From contig CM119375.1 of the NCBI GenBank assembly GCA_051294905.1, forward strand, positions 19,468,001 to 19,532,000: a DNA stretch of 64,000 nucleotides, given 5' to 3'. Of the stretch, positions 1 to 11,844 are shown one piece after another. This stretch comes from Botryllus schlosseri. Taxonomy: Eukaryota. Under the pieces are notes generated by a model that was not told the DNA's origin, did no database searches, and was given only the letters and a program-made list of their open reading frames with translations. How positions within the stretch are numbered: the first letter of the stretch is position 1; each line of letters begins with the position of its first letter. The translations under genes were made by a program, and so were the position numbers.

Positions 1-1040
1 TCTCCATTGATTTTGACGATGTTCCATACCGAGATCGGTCATGATATTTGGCACAGTAAGTCTTAATGTTAGTATCGACCGCTGTAATAAGTTTTAAGTT
101 TGCCACTGAACTATGTGGGTGGTAATTTCGATTCCAAAGTCGAGTGAGAGCTGACTCTTCATTTATCGCTAACAGATTTACGCAAAAGCCGATATTGGTC
201 TCTATTGATTTTAACGATGTTCCATACCTAGATCTGTCATGAGCTTTTGCACGGTATGTCTTGATTTTAGTATCGAACGCGGTGCCAAGTCTTAAAGTTG
301 ACGCTCAATGATTGAGGCAGTTATTTCGTTTTCGAGGTCGAGTATGGTAGAGATGCGCGCTGATCTGATACTTAGCCTACCTACATCATTGCGGATCTCA
401 CGGAAAAGCCGGTGTCTGTCTGTGCTAATCTAGTCTGCGTTCCAGAATGAGATCGGTGATGATATTTCCAATGGTATATCTCGATGATCGCATGAAACAG
501 CTAACTAAGATTCTCGGTTTGCATTCAAATATTCACATAATTTTATGTTCGCCAATGTGCATTTCACTGTGAAATTGTGGCCTTCAAACCATTTGCTTAC
601 AATCCCCTGTCAAATGCGATAGCTATTTCATTTTCGATGTCGGCTAACAGCTGATCATTCGATCAGCCTATTCCTCGATCTATTTTACTCAAAGTTCGGT
701 GTTCGTCTGTTTGTATTGATTTTGACAGTGTACCATGCCGGAATGGGTTATGAGATTGCGAATGCTACTTCTCGATTATTTCATGTAACAGTATGCTAAG
801 TTTACGGCTTTCATTCATGTATTTATTGATTAATATATTTTCCAACGGCGATTTGGCAGCAGACAGTAAGCCGTATGTGTTGCGTCACAATCTCCAGTTT
901 CAAGGCCAAAATATACTATGTTGTTCCGAGACCGAAGTTCCGAGGCTGCTGTCCTTAGTTCTTCAAAGACCATTCAAATTGATGTTCTGGATTCAATATG
1001 ACAGGCCCAATCTATGAGATAACAATTGCGTATGTGTCCG
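1..1040. repeat. Degenerate tandem repeat, unit about 200-290 bp
   Basis: Motif ATTGATTTTGACGATGTTCCATACC..GATC.GTCATGA recurs at about 6, 204 and 715, with a weaker copy near 424. No reading frame is conserved across units. Confidence 0.5.
793..865 (+). CDS. Gene 1 exon 1 (candidate): signal peptide of CTLD-CTLD-Ig protein
   Basis: ATG at 793 encodes MLSLRLSFMYLLINIFSNGDLAAD, followed by the phase-1 donor A|GTAAGC, which fits the phase-1 acceptor at 2586. It lies inside a degenerate repeat, so it is less certain. Confidence 0.5.
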
Positions 1041-2585
1041 AAGTCGTTGACCTTTGCAGTTAGGCTTACGCAATCTCTCGAGTTCTAGTCATTGGAATTA
1101 GTCTGGTCAAGTCAAGTGCGAACATGAATCGTATTGAATCTTTGCTCCGTACGTAGGCTAGTTTACGCAGTTGCCTTTAGAGCGAAAATTGAAGGTCTAG
1201 AAGACTACTCCTTGTCGCTTCGACATATTCCTGTCTTTTCATTGTATCGCATTTTTGTGGTGTATTGAACTGATAAAATTGCTAATAAACCAATGATGAT
1301 GATGATAGAAATTGTCCAGTCCATTGATCCAATCGTACGCCGGGTACCTCCGCTTTGGTTGCCTAATGCCTATCACCTGGTCGTAACTCGTAACCACCAG
1401 CTCAGTGGTCGTAACACACCAGGATCGTGTACGAAACACTTTCGGACGGCCTATCGATTTGCGTAATCTCTAACTCTACCATGAAATCATAACGCATGCT
1501 ACTAAGGATGACCTGATAATTGATTCGTGGCATAGGGACGATTCTTAGTTCACGTACATTATGTAAAATAATCCTTTGATTAAAAAAAAATGAATAAAAC
1601 ATTTGTTACCACACTTCAAGTCACGGCTCACCGGCAAACCTCTCGCGGCACCTACGTTAAAATCACTGTTGTCGGGAAATTCATGTGACCATCATATTAA
1701 TGTTACTTTTTTACGTTGGAAAACGCCATTGTGACGTCATGTTGATAAAAGTCGCTCGCAGCCCTTGCCCCACCACCCGATATTGTCACGAGCCGCCACT
1801 GCTCTTACTACTAATAGACATAGGTCATTAATGAAATTTAGGAAGTAGTCAGATACCATAGGGTGCCTTTATTTTATACATGCACTAAGTCGAGTATTCA
1901 AAGACTAGGACTTGCAGTCTTTCTTAATCATTTATTCGACCCAAGCAGCTAAGCTACACTACAAATATTTTAAATTTTGTCAAGTGGGCAGCAGCGTTTG
2001 GTTATAGTTACATCAATTTTACAAAGCAGACGATGTATTTACTTTTAGTTGATATTGAGATTTACTTACACGGGCGACTCTGTGGAACGGCTTAATTCCG
2101 GCTGATAAGAATATGTTGTAATACACGACTCTCCACTCCAACGTCGGCAACCAAGGAAATTTAAACGCTGTACGTTACACATATCCCGGCCGTCAAGCTA
2201 CAGCCGATGAAAATGTTCTTCGAACAATTTTAATTGAAAATTTTTCGTGTAAAATTTTTCAATTGAATTTATAGATAGGTGGACAATTTTTCGATTTGAA
2301 AATGTAGTAAAACGTATTCCATTTAATTGTAAATTAAAATGATAAGAACGGAATATTTCAAAAGCATGCCTCGTTTTTAGGAGCAACCCTGATGTTAATC
2401 GTAAAAGCTGAAAATTGATATTTCTCCTACCCTGATAGAGATATCTAATCATGCGGTACAGAATGCTCAAAGCTGTTTTATTTTTTTCTTCGGTAGTATC
2501 GGTATTAGCAGGTACGTTGTTGTACAATTCTCGAGCTTTTTCGTTTTTTTAGCTATGATTTGATATGAAGTGTCATTCCTTTCAG

Positions 2586-2898
2586 GGCTGAAAAACAGCA
2601 TAAAGTTCGACGGTACTACACTAAAGTTTTATGATGGGCAGCATGATTCAGCAACATTCGGTACTGCAGTTGTGAGTTGCTTTCAGAAAGGCGGAGAACT
2701 AGTCATGCCTAAGTATAAGAAACTGAATGATGCTGTGACTCAAGTCGTTAATGAGTTAGTAAATAAGAACCTCACACAACCATGGATATTTATCGATCAT
2801 TTATTTTCAAGGGGAACCGCGTGGATTGGAGGTGGAGATTTTTTTGGTGAGGGTAATTACGAATGGAACGATGGTGAAAGGCATGAATGGACAAACTG
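2586..2898 (+). CDS. Gene 1 exon 2: N-terminal half of C-type lectin domain 1
   Basis: Acceptor ttcctttcag|GG. Encodes ...AVVSCFQKGGELV...AWIGGGDFFGEGNYEWNDGERHEWTNW with the Trp codon split TG|gt (phase 2). 313 nt. Confidence 0.88.
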
Positions 2899-3238
2899 GT
2901 ATCCTATATTTGAAACAGCCTTTATGCTCTGCATGATTCCAGTTACTGATGTATATAACCCTATACTGAAAATACTATGCTCAGTGCCAGTACCAGTAGG
3001 CTACCTACAAAATATCAGCGTGGGCTTGGGCCGCGATATGGTGGTTATTACGTTATTACTATAGGGACATTGAAACTCTATAAAAGGTTTTTGTTCGTGT
3101 GACCATGGATTTCCGTAAACAGTTCGCTGTGAACATGAACCTATGACATCACCAGGTTTCGCAATGTTAATTCGAATTCAAATCGCTTTCTGAATTCTTG
3201 ACTGCGCTCCTATTAGTTTAGTCTTGACATATTGCAGG

Positions 3239-3512
3239 GTGACGAGATTGCGTAGTGGTATGATCCACAGCTGCAACACCGATGGGTTGCGGGTTCAAGT
3301 TCGACCGAAGTCGACTCCAGAATTCATACCCAAGTGTTGGAGGTTTATCTAGGCTCCTCCTCGTCCCGTGATCCGCGTAAGCGGTGTCTGATAAAAAGTC
3401 TAGAAGTAGACCGTGCTACAAGTCTGTAAATACAGAAAAAAGTAAAAAATATCGGTATGGTGTAAAATGACCAATAGTCGAAACCCCATGAATACCCAAC
3501 AAACAAACAACA
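3239..3512 (+). mobile_element. tRNA-derived SINE family 1, near full-length
   Basis: A-box-like TTGCGTAGTGG, B-box-like GGTTCAAGTTC, (AAAC)n tail. Homologous copies at about 15020-15940, 22355-22540, 34818-35044, 53335-53430 and 57444-57712 (-). Confidence 0.8.
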
Positions 3513-3660
3513 TGTTGCAAGAGTACACAGTATAGTAATCAATCACAGTAGCCTACGTCCGGTATCGTACTTTGCACTTGCACCGAACTAAGCAGCGGAA
3601 CACAAGGTCGACCAAACGACTTTTTCTTTCGTATTTACTTATTATCAAGGAACAATTGAG

Positions 3661-4010
3661 GAGATATGAAGTAGGGTTATGACATCAAAATTTAATGTGT
3701 CCTGTAGTCCTAAATGCTAAACTTTTCTGTCCTGATTTGAAAATTCACAAAAGTTAAGACTGTTTATACAAAAACCTTTCGCACGAAAATTTTTGATTCA
3801 AAAACTGTTAAATCATCGTTGACCTTTGAAAAATAATTTTCAAACGCAGCCCAGTGTAACATATGTACACTAGGGTTATGACTAGAAAAAAATCAAAATT
3901 TTGTGTGTCCTGTAGTCACAAACGATAAACTTATGTGTCCTGATTTCAAAATTAACAAAAGTTAATACTGGTTAAACAAAAACCTCCCGCACAAAAATTT
4001 TCCAGTTTTC
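3661..4010. repeat. Two-copy tandem duplication (about 200 bp unit), probably transposon subterminal sequence
   Basis: TAGGGTTATGAC...GTGTCCTGTAGTC...TGTCCTGATTT...ACAAAAACCT occurs from about 3672 and again from about 3871. Confidence 0.7.
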
Positions 4011-5095
4011 ACTGCATATAGGAAGGATAGGCTTTCTTTTGTAGAGACAGACTATATAATATATATATCGACTAATTTTAATTTAACTGACACAATTTCA
4101 ATTGCGAAGATTAAAAATTGTATTTTGGTAAATTGTGATTGCCCCGATTGAATTAATCCTATCGTGTTCTTGATTACAGTAAAAATGAATAATTAATAAT
4201 TACTTTCGGTTTTAGGTGTAAACTGTATATATCGTCTAATTTGCACGACACAAATCAAACTGGGTGTTCTAAAAGGCGAAAGTAGAACAGCTCGAGATAT
4301 TTTCAGCAGTCTAGAAAACCTATTAGAGTAATATGATACATTGGAAAATTTGAAAATGTCATATCATATGTGACACAGCAAAGACAATATTAGGTTACCA
4401 CTAATCAAATGGCATGAACTTCTATCTCTACGCAATAGGAGATGGAGCTCGAGGGCCATGCTTGCGTACTTCCAAATCCCAAAATGGATCGTAACTCTGC
4501 AGATATCATGTCGCAAATGCATGTGCAAATGCAAATGCATATCGCAAATGTGTGTCAGGAAGTCTGGTATTCTAACCATATGTCTAAAGATGGAATTTAC
4601 CAAAAATTAGTTGGTATTCTATTTGAGCTCAAATCTCCTGGAGCACTAAACAGCCTTTAAACCCCATTTGAAGTCGGCAAAGTCCGTTGAAGATTTCCCT
4701 GGTACTAACATAATTGCAGAAGGGGAAATAAAATTGATGGAAGAACTTTACCAGAAGTGCAAAAAAAATATTTGAAGAATAAATTTGTAGCAAAAAATAA
4801 CCTTTGACTTGCATTTTTTTACATTTGGATCAATGTCGAAAATTGAAGTTAGTTTGTGTCTGGACATTTATTACGATTTCTACAAAATAATAATTATTTT
4901 ATTAATTTATACCAAAATGTTCATTAATTCCTGCTACAGACGAATGTTTTTCTCAAGTCATAACCCTAAATATGCAGCCCCGTATTGCCTACCGTGTGTT
5001 TTGCCCGAAACCAGTGCTGATCACAACAATTGCCAGCGAACTGTGAAAAGCAGAATACACCTTCGCCTAATCTTGGTTATCACAATGTCATAAAG

Positions 5096-5214
5096 GGGTG
5101 GCGATGGGCCTAGTGATACGGAGCATGAGAACTGCATTGAAATACATCCCAAGCTCGCAGGCGCATGGAATGACGATAACTGCTGTGTCAATCAAGGATA
5201 TGTTTGCCAAATAC
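5096..5214 (+). CDS. Gene 1 exon 3: C-terminal half of C-type lectin domain 1
   Basis: Phase-2 start completes W, then GGDGPSDTEHENCIEIHPKLAGAWNDDNCCVNQGYVCQI (WND motif and Cys pattern). Donor C|GTATGT. Confidence 0.9.
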
Positions 5215-5702
5215 GTATGTATTATTTCCCCACCAAACCAGTGTGGATTTTTACACCAATTACTGATATTATGAATATATTTGTTATTATATTAATATGT
5301 AGGCCTATACCAGACGTGGACCAAACGAAGCATCGAATGATTCCAACTGAACACAAAGTGGCATCGAACTAAAACTGTACGTTACGTTCGATCAATGAGA
5401 TCGATTTAAAATGACAAATTTATTCACAAATGTACCCAAATACACCATCAAAAAATTATTGCAGCTTATTGACTATGACGCCATATTCAGTGTGAGCTTT
5501 GGGCTTCAAGACACGAAGTAATTATAGAACTTGATCACACTCAATATATACCTTTCACGTCTCACAATTTCGAAGTTCGTGTTTGTGTCTGTCATTACAG
5601 AATGTCAGACTCGAGTATGTCGCTAACAGAAGCAAAATTTATATTGTTCTTACGACAAGGTCAGGGTATTTCGGCATTGCCATAACGTCGACTACCATTG
5701 AT

Positions 5703-6157
5703 TAGGGCTGGGCGAAATCGAGTACCTGAGTGAATGGATTCTGAATCACGTAATATGCTTCGAGTCGAGTCGAGTAATCGAGTATCACTCATTATGACGT
5801 CCATTATCGTTATCCATCTCATAAAAGATATTTGGTATTTTTTCGACCATACCGATTTCATTCCACTTGGTTACAATGTCGTGGGATAATCATTACTTCG
5901 GAAATATGCTACGTCCAGTAACATTCGCAGCTTTGTACCATAGATTTCGTATGCTACAATACCGCCAATCAAGGCTTCAAGGCTTCAACAGTGAAAATTA
6001 GTATCGAAACTATAATTCTCGTTGAATAATTAACTTTCAGTGGTGAGAAGCGTATAATTTCAGTACTCGAAAATATCATATTTTGCTACTCGACTCGAAT
6101 CATTGAAATTAATACTCGATTCAGATTCGAGTACTCGAATCATTGTGCCCAGCCCTA
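5703..6157. mobile_element. hAT-type MITE (family C)
   Basis: TIR TAGGGCTGGGC/GCCCAGCCCTA with perfect 8-bp TSD CCATTGAT. An inverted sister copy lies at 42612-43003. Confidence 0.92.
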
Positions 6158-6177
6158 CCATTGATTCTCAGAAGGAG

Positions 6178-6579
6178 CTGGGTATGTGACCCAAGTATTG
6201 TAACCAAGTCACAAGGTTCCGAGTCACAAGTCAATCTCATTTTTATCGTTTTGACTCGAGTCAAGTCGAGATATTTTCAATTCACCGCTGAGTCAAGTCC
6301 GAGTCAAAGTCAGTGGGTAGAGGTCCGAGTCATAGTGTTGTGACTCGAGTCTGAGTCCACGTCATTGCGTCCACTGTTCAGTTTTTAATTCAATCCGGTT
6401 CAATGCAATTTTCTCAACTCTTCTCAAGTGATATAGAATGGCACACATTGATAATATCCTAATTTCAATACAGAAATTGACTCGAGCGAGTCAATTTCCG
6501 CATTAGGTAAAATAACTCGAGTCAAGTCGAGTCACCAAAATATCGTTACTTAAGTCGGACTCGGGTCGTTACAACCCTG
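6178..6579. mobile_element. hAT-type MITE family A (GACTCGAGTC/GACTT arrays)
   Basis: Ends in GTTACAACCCTG, with dense GACTCGAGTCAAGTC repeats. Relatives at 7775-8721, 11150-11552, 25792-26327 and 30115-30706. TSD not recovered for this copy. Confidence 0.75.
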
Positions 6580-7698
6580 CTTGAACCTACAAAGGGGTGA
6601 TTGGACTTACGAAACAACCCTCTGCATACGTCACTGCCAGTGCCACTCATTTTGTGATTGAAGATATTATCTTGAAATTTCATTGATTTTATCAGACATC
6701 GTTAGCGGTGTGATTATGAATATTCTCTTGACTTGCAAAAGTAAATAGATATAAAGCATTTCGCGGACCAGTAACACGACTCCTCGCGGACCGGTGTCGG
6801 TCCACAGACAAGGGCTTGACGACCTCTGGATTAGATGACGGATTGTGCCGGAATAGGTAAATCACTAAAAATCAAATTCCATCCCGAAACGATCTCAGAA
6901 TTGATGTTGACATAAACTTCATGTCGAATATTTTTCGGCATTGCATATAGGCCTACTTCATGTTTGAATAGTTACCACAAACTTTGTACCACGCACCTGC
7001 GGTAACGTACTCTAGTTCAGTTGGACAATATGATTGCAATTATGTGTAGTTTTCAGTATCCATGCAATCACCCAATCTGATACAATCTGTACCTAACGGA
7101 AATAGCAAATGGATCGTGTATATGAGGGAAATATGGATCAAAGGTCCTACTTCCAAAATGAGATAATTGCAAAAAGAGTCGTTCAAGACTGGCACTATTG
7201 GATAAGCGTGTCAATTTCAAATCTCTGATGTCGAAGCTTAGTATGTAAATATATTTAATTGTATTCAGTGGTTACCAACCTTTTTTTCCTGGCGGGCAAA
7301 AATTTGAAAAATATTATAATTGGTGTAATCATTTGAACCTATGCATGTTGATCAAATCATGCTATGAAATTTTCCGATGGCAAAATCACAAACTTCAAGA
7401 ACTCATTCCATTTGCTACTACCTGAATATTTTAATATCTTACAATAGTACCACGTGTGCCACGAGGATGTTGGGGGCATTCTTTTTTATAAATCATTACA
7501 AAATCACATCTGTGAGATAATGTTCGCTTTCCTGCCGCCAGTGCGATTTTCAATTCGCGTATGAACTTTACAGATCTAAAAGGATGGCAGTAAATATATC
7601 AATTTCGGTCAACATGTTAATTAAACTTGAAAGTAGTAATAATTTGCATCATGAAATCATGCTCCCAACGAAATTTTAAGTCGACCAAGCAATATCCA

Positions 7699-7699
<1 letters not shown>

Positions 7700-7736
<37 letters not shown>

Positions 7737-8925
7737 ATTTATTTCTCCTGCATCGAGATGCTTGGACGATGGAGCAGGGTTGGGATGACTCGAGTCATGA
7801 CTTGACTCGAGTCAGACTCGAGTCACCTTTTTTGCATGACTTGACTTGACTCGAGTCACTTTGCTAAAATGACTTGACTTGACTTGACTCGGCGTATCAG
7901 AAATGAGGATTGACTCGTGACTCGGAGCAAAATTCACGAGTTAATTTCAAGTCATCAAGTAATCGGTGTCGATAAGAATCACTGTATCTTGGATATGTTC
8001 CGATTGTTTGCGAAACGCTTGCGTAACCCGTGAGAGCGACCAATCATTCAATGACCGTGCGTTTCACCGAGCTTCGGTTGTTCTCTCACAAATAAATTGA
8101 CCGCAAACGAGGTGATCGAAGCTTACAGCTTAAGTTGTCGTAACTCTAGTAGTAAAGTAATAGAATAACAAAATGTCTATTTCTGTTCTCTGTTAACCAA
8201 ACCTCTTGTTTTATTGAAATTGAAGTCGAAAATAGTTTATATAGTCCATTGGCGCAGGCTGGAATGGTAGCCTGTCATATCTATTTGTAAATGGGTAAAG
8301 TATTGCATCTTATCAATTCGTTTCTATATTCTATATTTTAGCTGGTAACTATGAACTGAGGCTACGCAATTACGTATATGTCAGCGATACAGCGCCTGCT
8401 TGTGTGTATATTTAACTCCATATTCGTTCATCGGTTCGGAATCAATGACCACTCAAACTGTATTTCAGACAGCTAGCAAATTGCAATGATGTAATCATGC
8501 CTCATACATACTTCGAAAAGGCAACTTGACTTGAAATGTGACTTGACTCGTGACTTGACTTGACTTGACTCGACTTGACTCCAGTCACCTCCAAAAATCA
8601 AGTGACTTGACTTGACTCGAGTCACCTTTGAAAATTGATTGACTTGACTTGACTCGAGTCAAAATGTGCAATGACTCGAAATGACTCGTGACTCGAAGGT
8701 AGTGACTTGATCCCAACACTCCGATGGAGATGCGATACCACGTATAAGCAAGGTAATCTAGTCTGTACCACCATATTTTCTCCTCCACTCTATCCGTTGA
8801 TGCTGAGCGCCTAGCGGGATAGCCGCGGATACCAGTTTTCGAGTTTTTTTGTCTAAACCGGTCGGGGATCGAACTCACGACGTACCGATCAATAAGCCGG
8901 ACGTATCACTATGACGCTATCTCGG
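7700..8925 (-). mobile_element. tRNA(Lys)-like SINE family 2 with (TC)n tail, interrupted by a hAT MITE
   Basis: Minus-strand head GATAGCGTCATAGTG...GTCGTGAGTTCGATCCCC near 8865-8920, (GA)n at about 7702-7730. The flanks of the 7775-8721 insertion rejoin into sequence matching 46195-46330 and 41460-41590. Confidence 0.75.
7775..8721. mobile_element. hAT-type non-autonomous element (family A-related)
   Basis: TIR CAGGGTTGGGAT/ATCCCAACACTC, perfect 8-bp TSD CGATGGAG, GACTT/GACTCGAGTC subterminal arrays. Confidence 0.9.
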
Positions 8926-9325
8926 TCGGAAACTGATTGATATCGTAGTTGAAATATGACATGTTGAAAACAATAACACATCTGCCATTCAGCGTCCACG
9001 TGATCCTTCTGAACCTGTTCATGATTGATCACATCAACAGTTTTGCTGTAGAGGGCAGTGACGTATATGAATGAAGTAAATCAGGAGATGGGAGTCAATA
9101 GCCTACCTTGTCAAGCAAAACCAATCTCATAGTTTTCATGCAGAATGCAGTCACGAATTGCAAATAGATCCAAATTAGGCTACAATGTTTTTAGGTTGGC
9201 ATTAGGTAGATTATGGTAATGCGGATGTGGAAATAGGCTATAATAATAGGCTATAGGATATAACGGATGGGGTGAAAATATATCACCGAGCCGATGAAAC
9301 CACAAGCTACTCATATTCGTTTCAG

Positions 9326-9494
9326 CTGATACCAAATCTAAACCGTACGAACACAGTGCCATAACTGTATATGATGGATACACTGATCGAAAGTCTTATC
9401 TCCAAGCTCGACAATTTTGCAAAAGACATAAATCTAGACTAGCACTGCTTCATGATGATGAGAATTTAGAAGCTCTACTGTCGAAGCTGGAATA
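9326..9494 (+). CDS. Gene 1 exon 4: N-terminal half of C-type lectin-like domain 2
   Basis: Acceptor tcgtttcag|CT. Encodes DTKSKPYEHSAITVYDGYTDRKSYLQARQFCKRHKSRLALLHDDENLEALLSKLE. Donor TA|GTAAGT. Phases 1/2 fit both neighbours. Confidence 0.88.
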
Positions 9495-9982
9495 GTAAGT
9501 GATAGTTGGCTTTTAACATTTGGCATAATTAAGGACAAGCCTGTATCCCTGGCCTGGCCCCCTTGCGAAGACTTTTACATATCGTGGCGCTGATTGGAAC
9601 TGCAGGTACTGGAATATAGGCTACTTGCATTACTGGGTTGATTCGATATTTGATCATATTGAAAAATATAGAGAACAAATGGAAACAAAATCGATATGAC
9701 AGCCATTCAAGCTACAGTCAGAAACTCACACGATCTTCTTGGTTCTCGAAGACAAACTTTGCTTCATCTGAAACCTGTTTAGTTCTTCTTTTCCTGCGCA
9801 ATGTTAATTCATACACTGAGCGAGAGATGAAAGCCTTCACAAAGAGACCACAGGATACAACCCGTAGAGTACCGTTGTCATACATAGTGTAGGCCTATAT
9901 TTCGATGTTGGTGTGGTTCACCGAATGTCTATCACGCTCTTGGTCCTATGGTCGCTATTCGTCTCCTGTGAATTATTTTCAG

Positions 9983-10104
9983 CCCGAGCATGACGCCATT
10001 TTGGGTCAATAGCGAGAAAAAAGAACATTCGTGCATCAGTGTGTCTGAGGATGGGATTTCTGATGCCGACTGCCTTCAGTCAATGCCATTCATATGCGAG
10101 CAAG
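9983..10104 (+). CDS. Gene 1 exon 5: C-terminal half of C-type lectin-like domain 2
   Basis: Acceptor attttcag|C. Encodes PSMTPFWVNSEKKEHSCISVSEDGISDADCLQSMPFICEQ. Donor G|GTATGA. Confidence 0.88.
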
Positions 10105-10770
10105 GTATGACTGAGTTCGTGTACCGCAAATATCAGACAAATTGCCCAAAAGCAAACACGGTTTTCTAGGTTTGATTTTAGTCACATTTGCTGATCTGCC
10201 GTGGCAGAGCGATGCGAGAAATATGGCTTCGAAAGATGTGAAAACAATATCCCTTCTCGCAGCAGTCGTTTACGTTGATGAAAGATTAATCGCAATCATT
10301 TTTGCTTGATTTTGCTTCCTTGACAGCATATTCAAAGACAATATAATGTTTGGCTCGAGGAAGATTCATGAGATATCGTTTTTTTAAATCGGGATGTTAT
10401 TCGTTTGCAACATCCAAATATAATCTTCATTGACGGCCAACTTCGATTTTGAATAAATTATGGCAAAATCATGATTGCTGGTGCCGGAATAACGAGTTGA
10501 ACCACAACTTGGTCTAATAAAACAAAACGAACACCAACGCTGAAAAGCAACATTATCATTACATGAACCATCGTCTATCTATGTATTCTGGTCCTCTTAC
10601 TTGTGCGAAGAATTTATGATTACGAGATCCGCCATATTAAATTGAATGCATTTTAGAAACCGCTGTTGTTAAGGGTATATAGCGGTCATGGCCATGTGTC
10701 GTATAATAGTGCCTAGTACGCATTTTTCGGAATCTTCTTTCGCAACACATCCATGGAAATTGCTTTCCAG

Positions 10771-11043
10771 TTGCTGCCCATGATTTGTCTGTTTCCGAAG
10801 AACAACCTTTCGTAGAGCCGGGTATTGATCTGAATATCAACTGCTCTGCATTGGGGATTCCAGTTCCGAAGGTTTCCTGGTACCGAGACGGCAGATACGT
10901 ACCGCATCAGAAACACGGACTCGGCAGCTCAACACTAGTGCTCAAGGACATAGGTCCCGATGATTTGGGCATGTATGTGTGTAAAGCTGTGAACGAAGTT
11001 GGAGGACAGCTGAGACGCATGGGAGGATTGTCTTTCGTTGAAA
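10771..11043 (+). CDS. Gene 1 exon 6: immunoglobulin (I-set-like) domain
   Basis: Acceptor tgctttccag|TT. Contains INCSALG..PKVSWYRDG...STLVL...DDLGMYVCKAVNEVG (Cys, Trp and DxGxYxC Ig motifs). Phase 1-1 exon, donor A|GTAAAT. Confidence 0.92.
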
Positions 11044-11149
11044 GTAAATATGTTGCATATACAGCAGTATACATTGACTCAATCCCGTTTCGAAGATCAT
11101 TACTTCTGTTTTTTCTCTCTCTGTCGTTTGTCACTTTTCCTGCACTCTA

Positions 11150-11552
11150 TAGGGTCGGGTTGTAACCAAGTCAGAGGGCATCGAGTCCAAGTCATTGCGT
11201 TGACTGCTCAGTTTCTAGTTAAAGTCCTGTTAAAGCAACTTTTTATAACTCTGTCTGGTGATATCGAATGGTTCGCGTTTGAAATATAATAATTTCCTGA
11301 CTATAACAGTTTCTGGTCGCATTTTCAAGTAGGCCTATACCAGTACCAATAGGCAAAACACCAACAGTGTGGGTATTTTACCATTCATCGAAATTACAGT
11401 GAAATGTCGGTCTTGGCCGTCTGAGACTCGAGTAATATATGACAATCTGTGTATTACTATTAACTCGAGTCGAGTCATTTTAGTATTTTGAGAAAATGCC
11501 TCGAGTCAAGTCGAGTCATAAGAAAATCGCGACTCGAGTCACTACAACCCTG
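11150..11552. mobile_element. hAT-type MITE family A
   Basis: GGGTTGTAACCAAGTCA ... CTACAACCCTG, colinear with 6178-6579 and 30115-30706. Confidence 0.75.
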
Positions 11553-11844
11553 CTTCAGCGGCCTCAGACATTCTCAGTTCATAGTAAATCCGGCTTTAAA
11601 TTTGTCTGCAGTGCACTAACGACGCCATATGATCTACGCTTGGGTTAGCATAATTTTGTGGCTCAAATTCCGGGTGCTCATTAGCACCTACTAGCGGGTT
11701 TTATCCGGTATCCGTCCCACCAGTCGTGAGTTTGAAAGCCCTGCTATGATGTTAGGTCGGTGTATTTATGTCATCTGGTGATTTAACCATGACCGAAACA
11801 GCATTTTTCATCCCCTCTCGCCCAAAAATACACAGTGATGTTGG

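Noticed and set aside
4513-4550. Clustered ATGCAAAT octamer-like motifs
   Set aside because: Part of a short (GCAAAT)n repeat in intronic repeat-like DNA with no promoter context.
5600-5660. AG...GT bounded segment in intron 3 of gene 1
   Set aside because: Stop codon in the required phase 1. Exons 3 and 4 join cleanly without it.
7775-8721. Regular short palindromic repeats (GACTCGAGTC, GTAATC, ACTAGA, ATCCCGGG) as CRISPR-like arrays
   Set aside because: No unique spacers. They are subterminal motifs inside TIR/TSD-bounded hAT elements.
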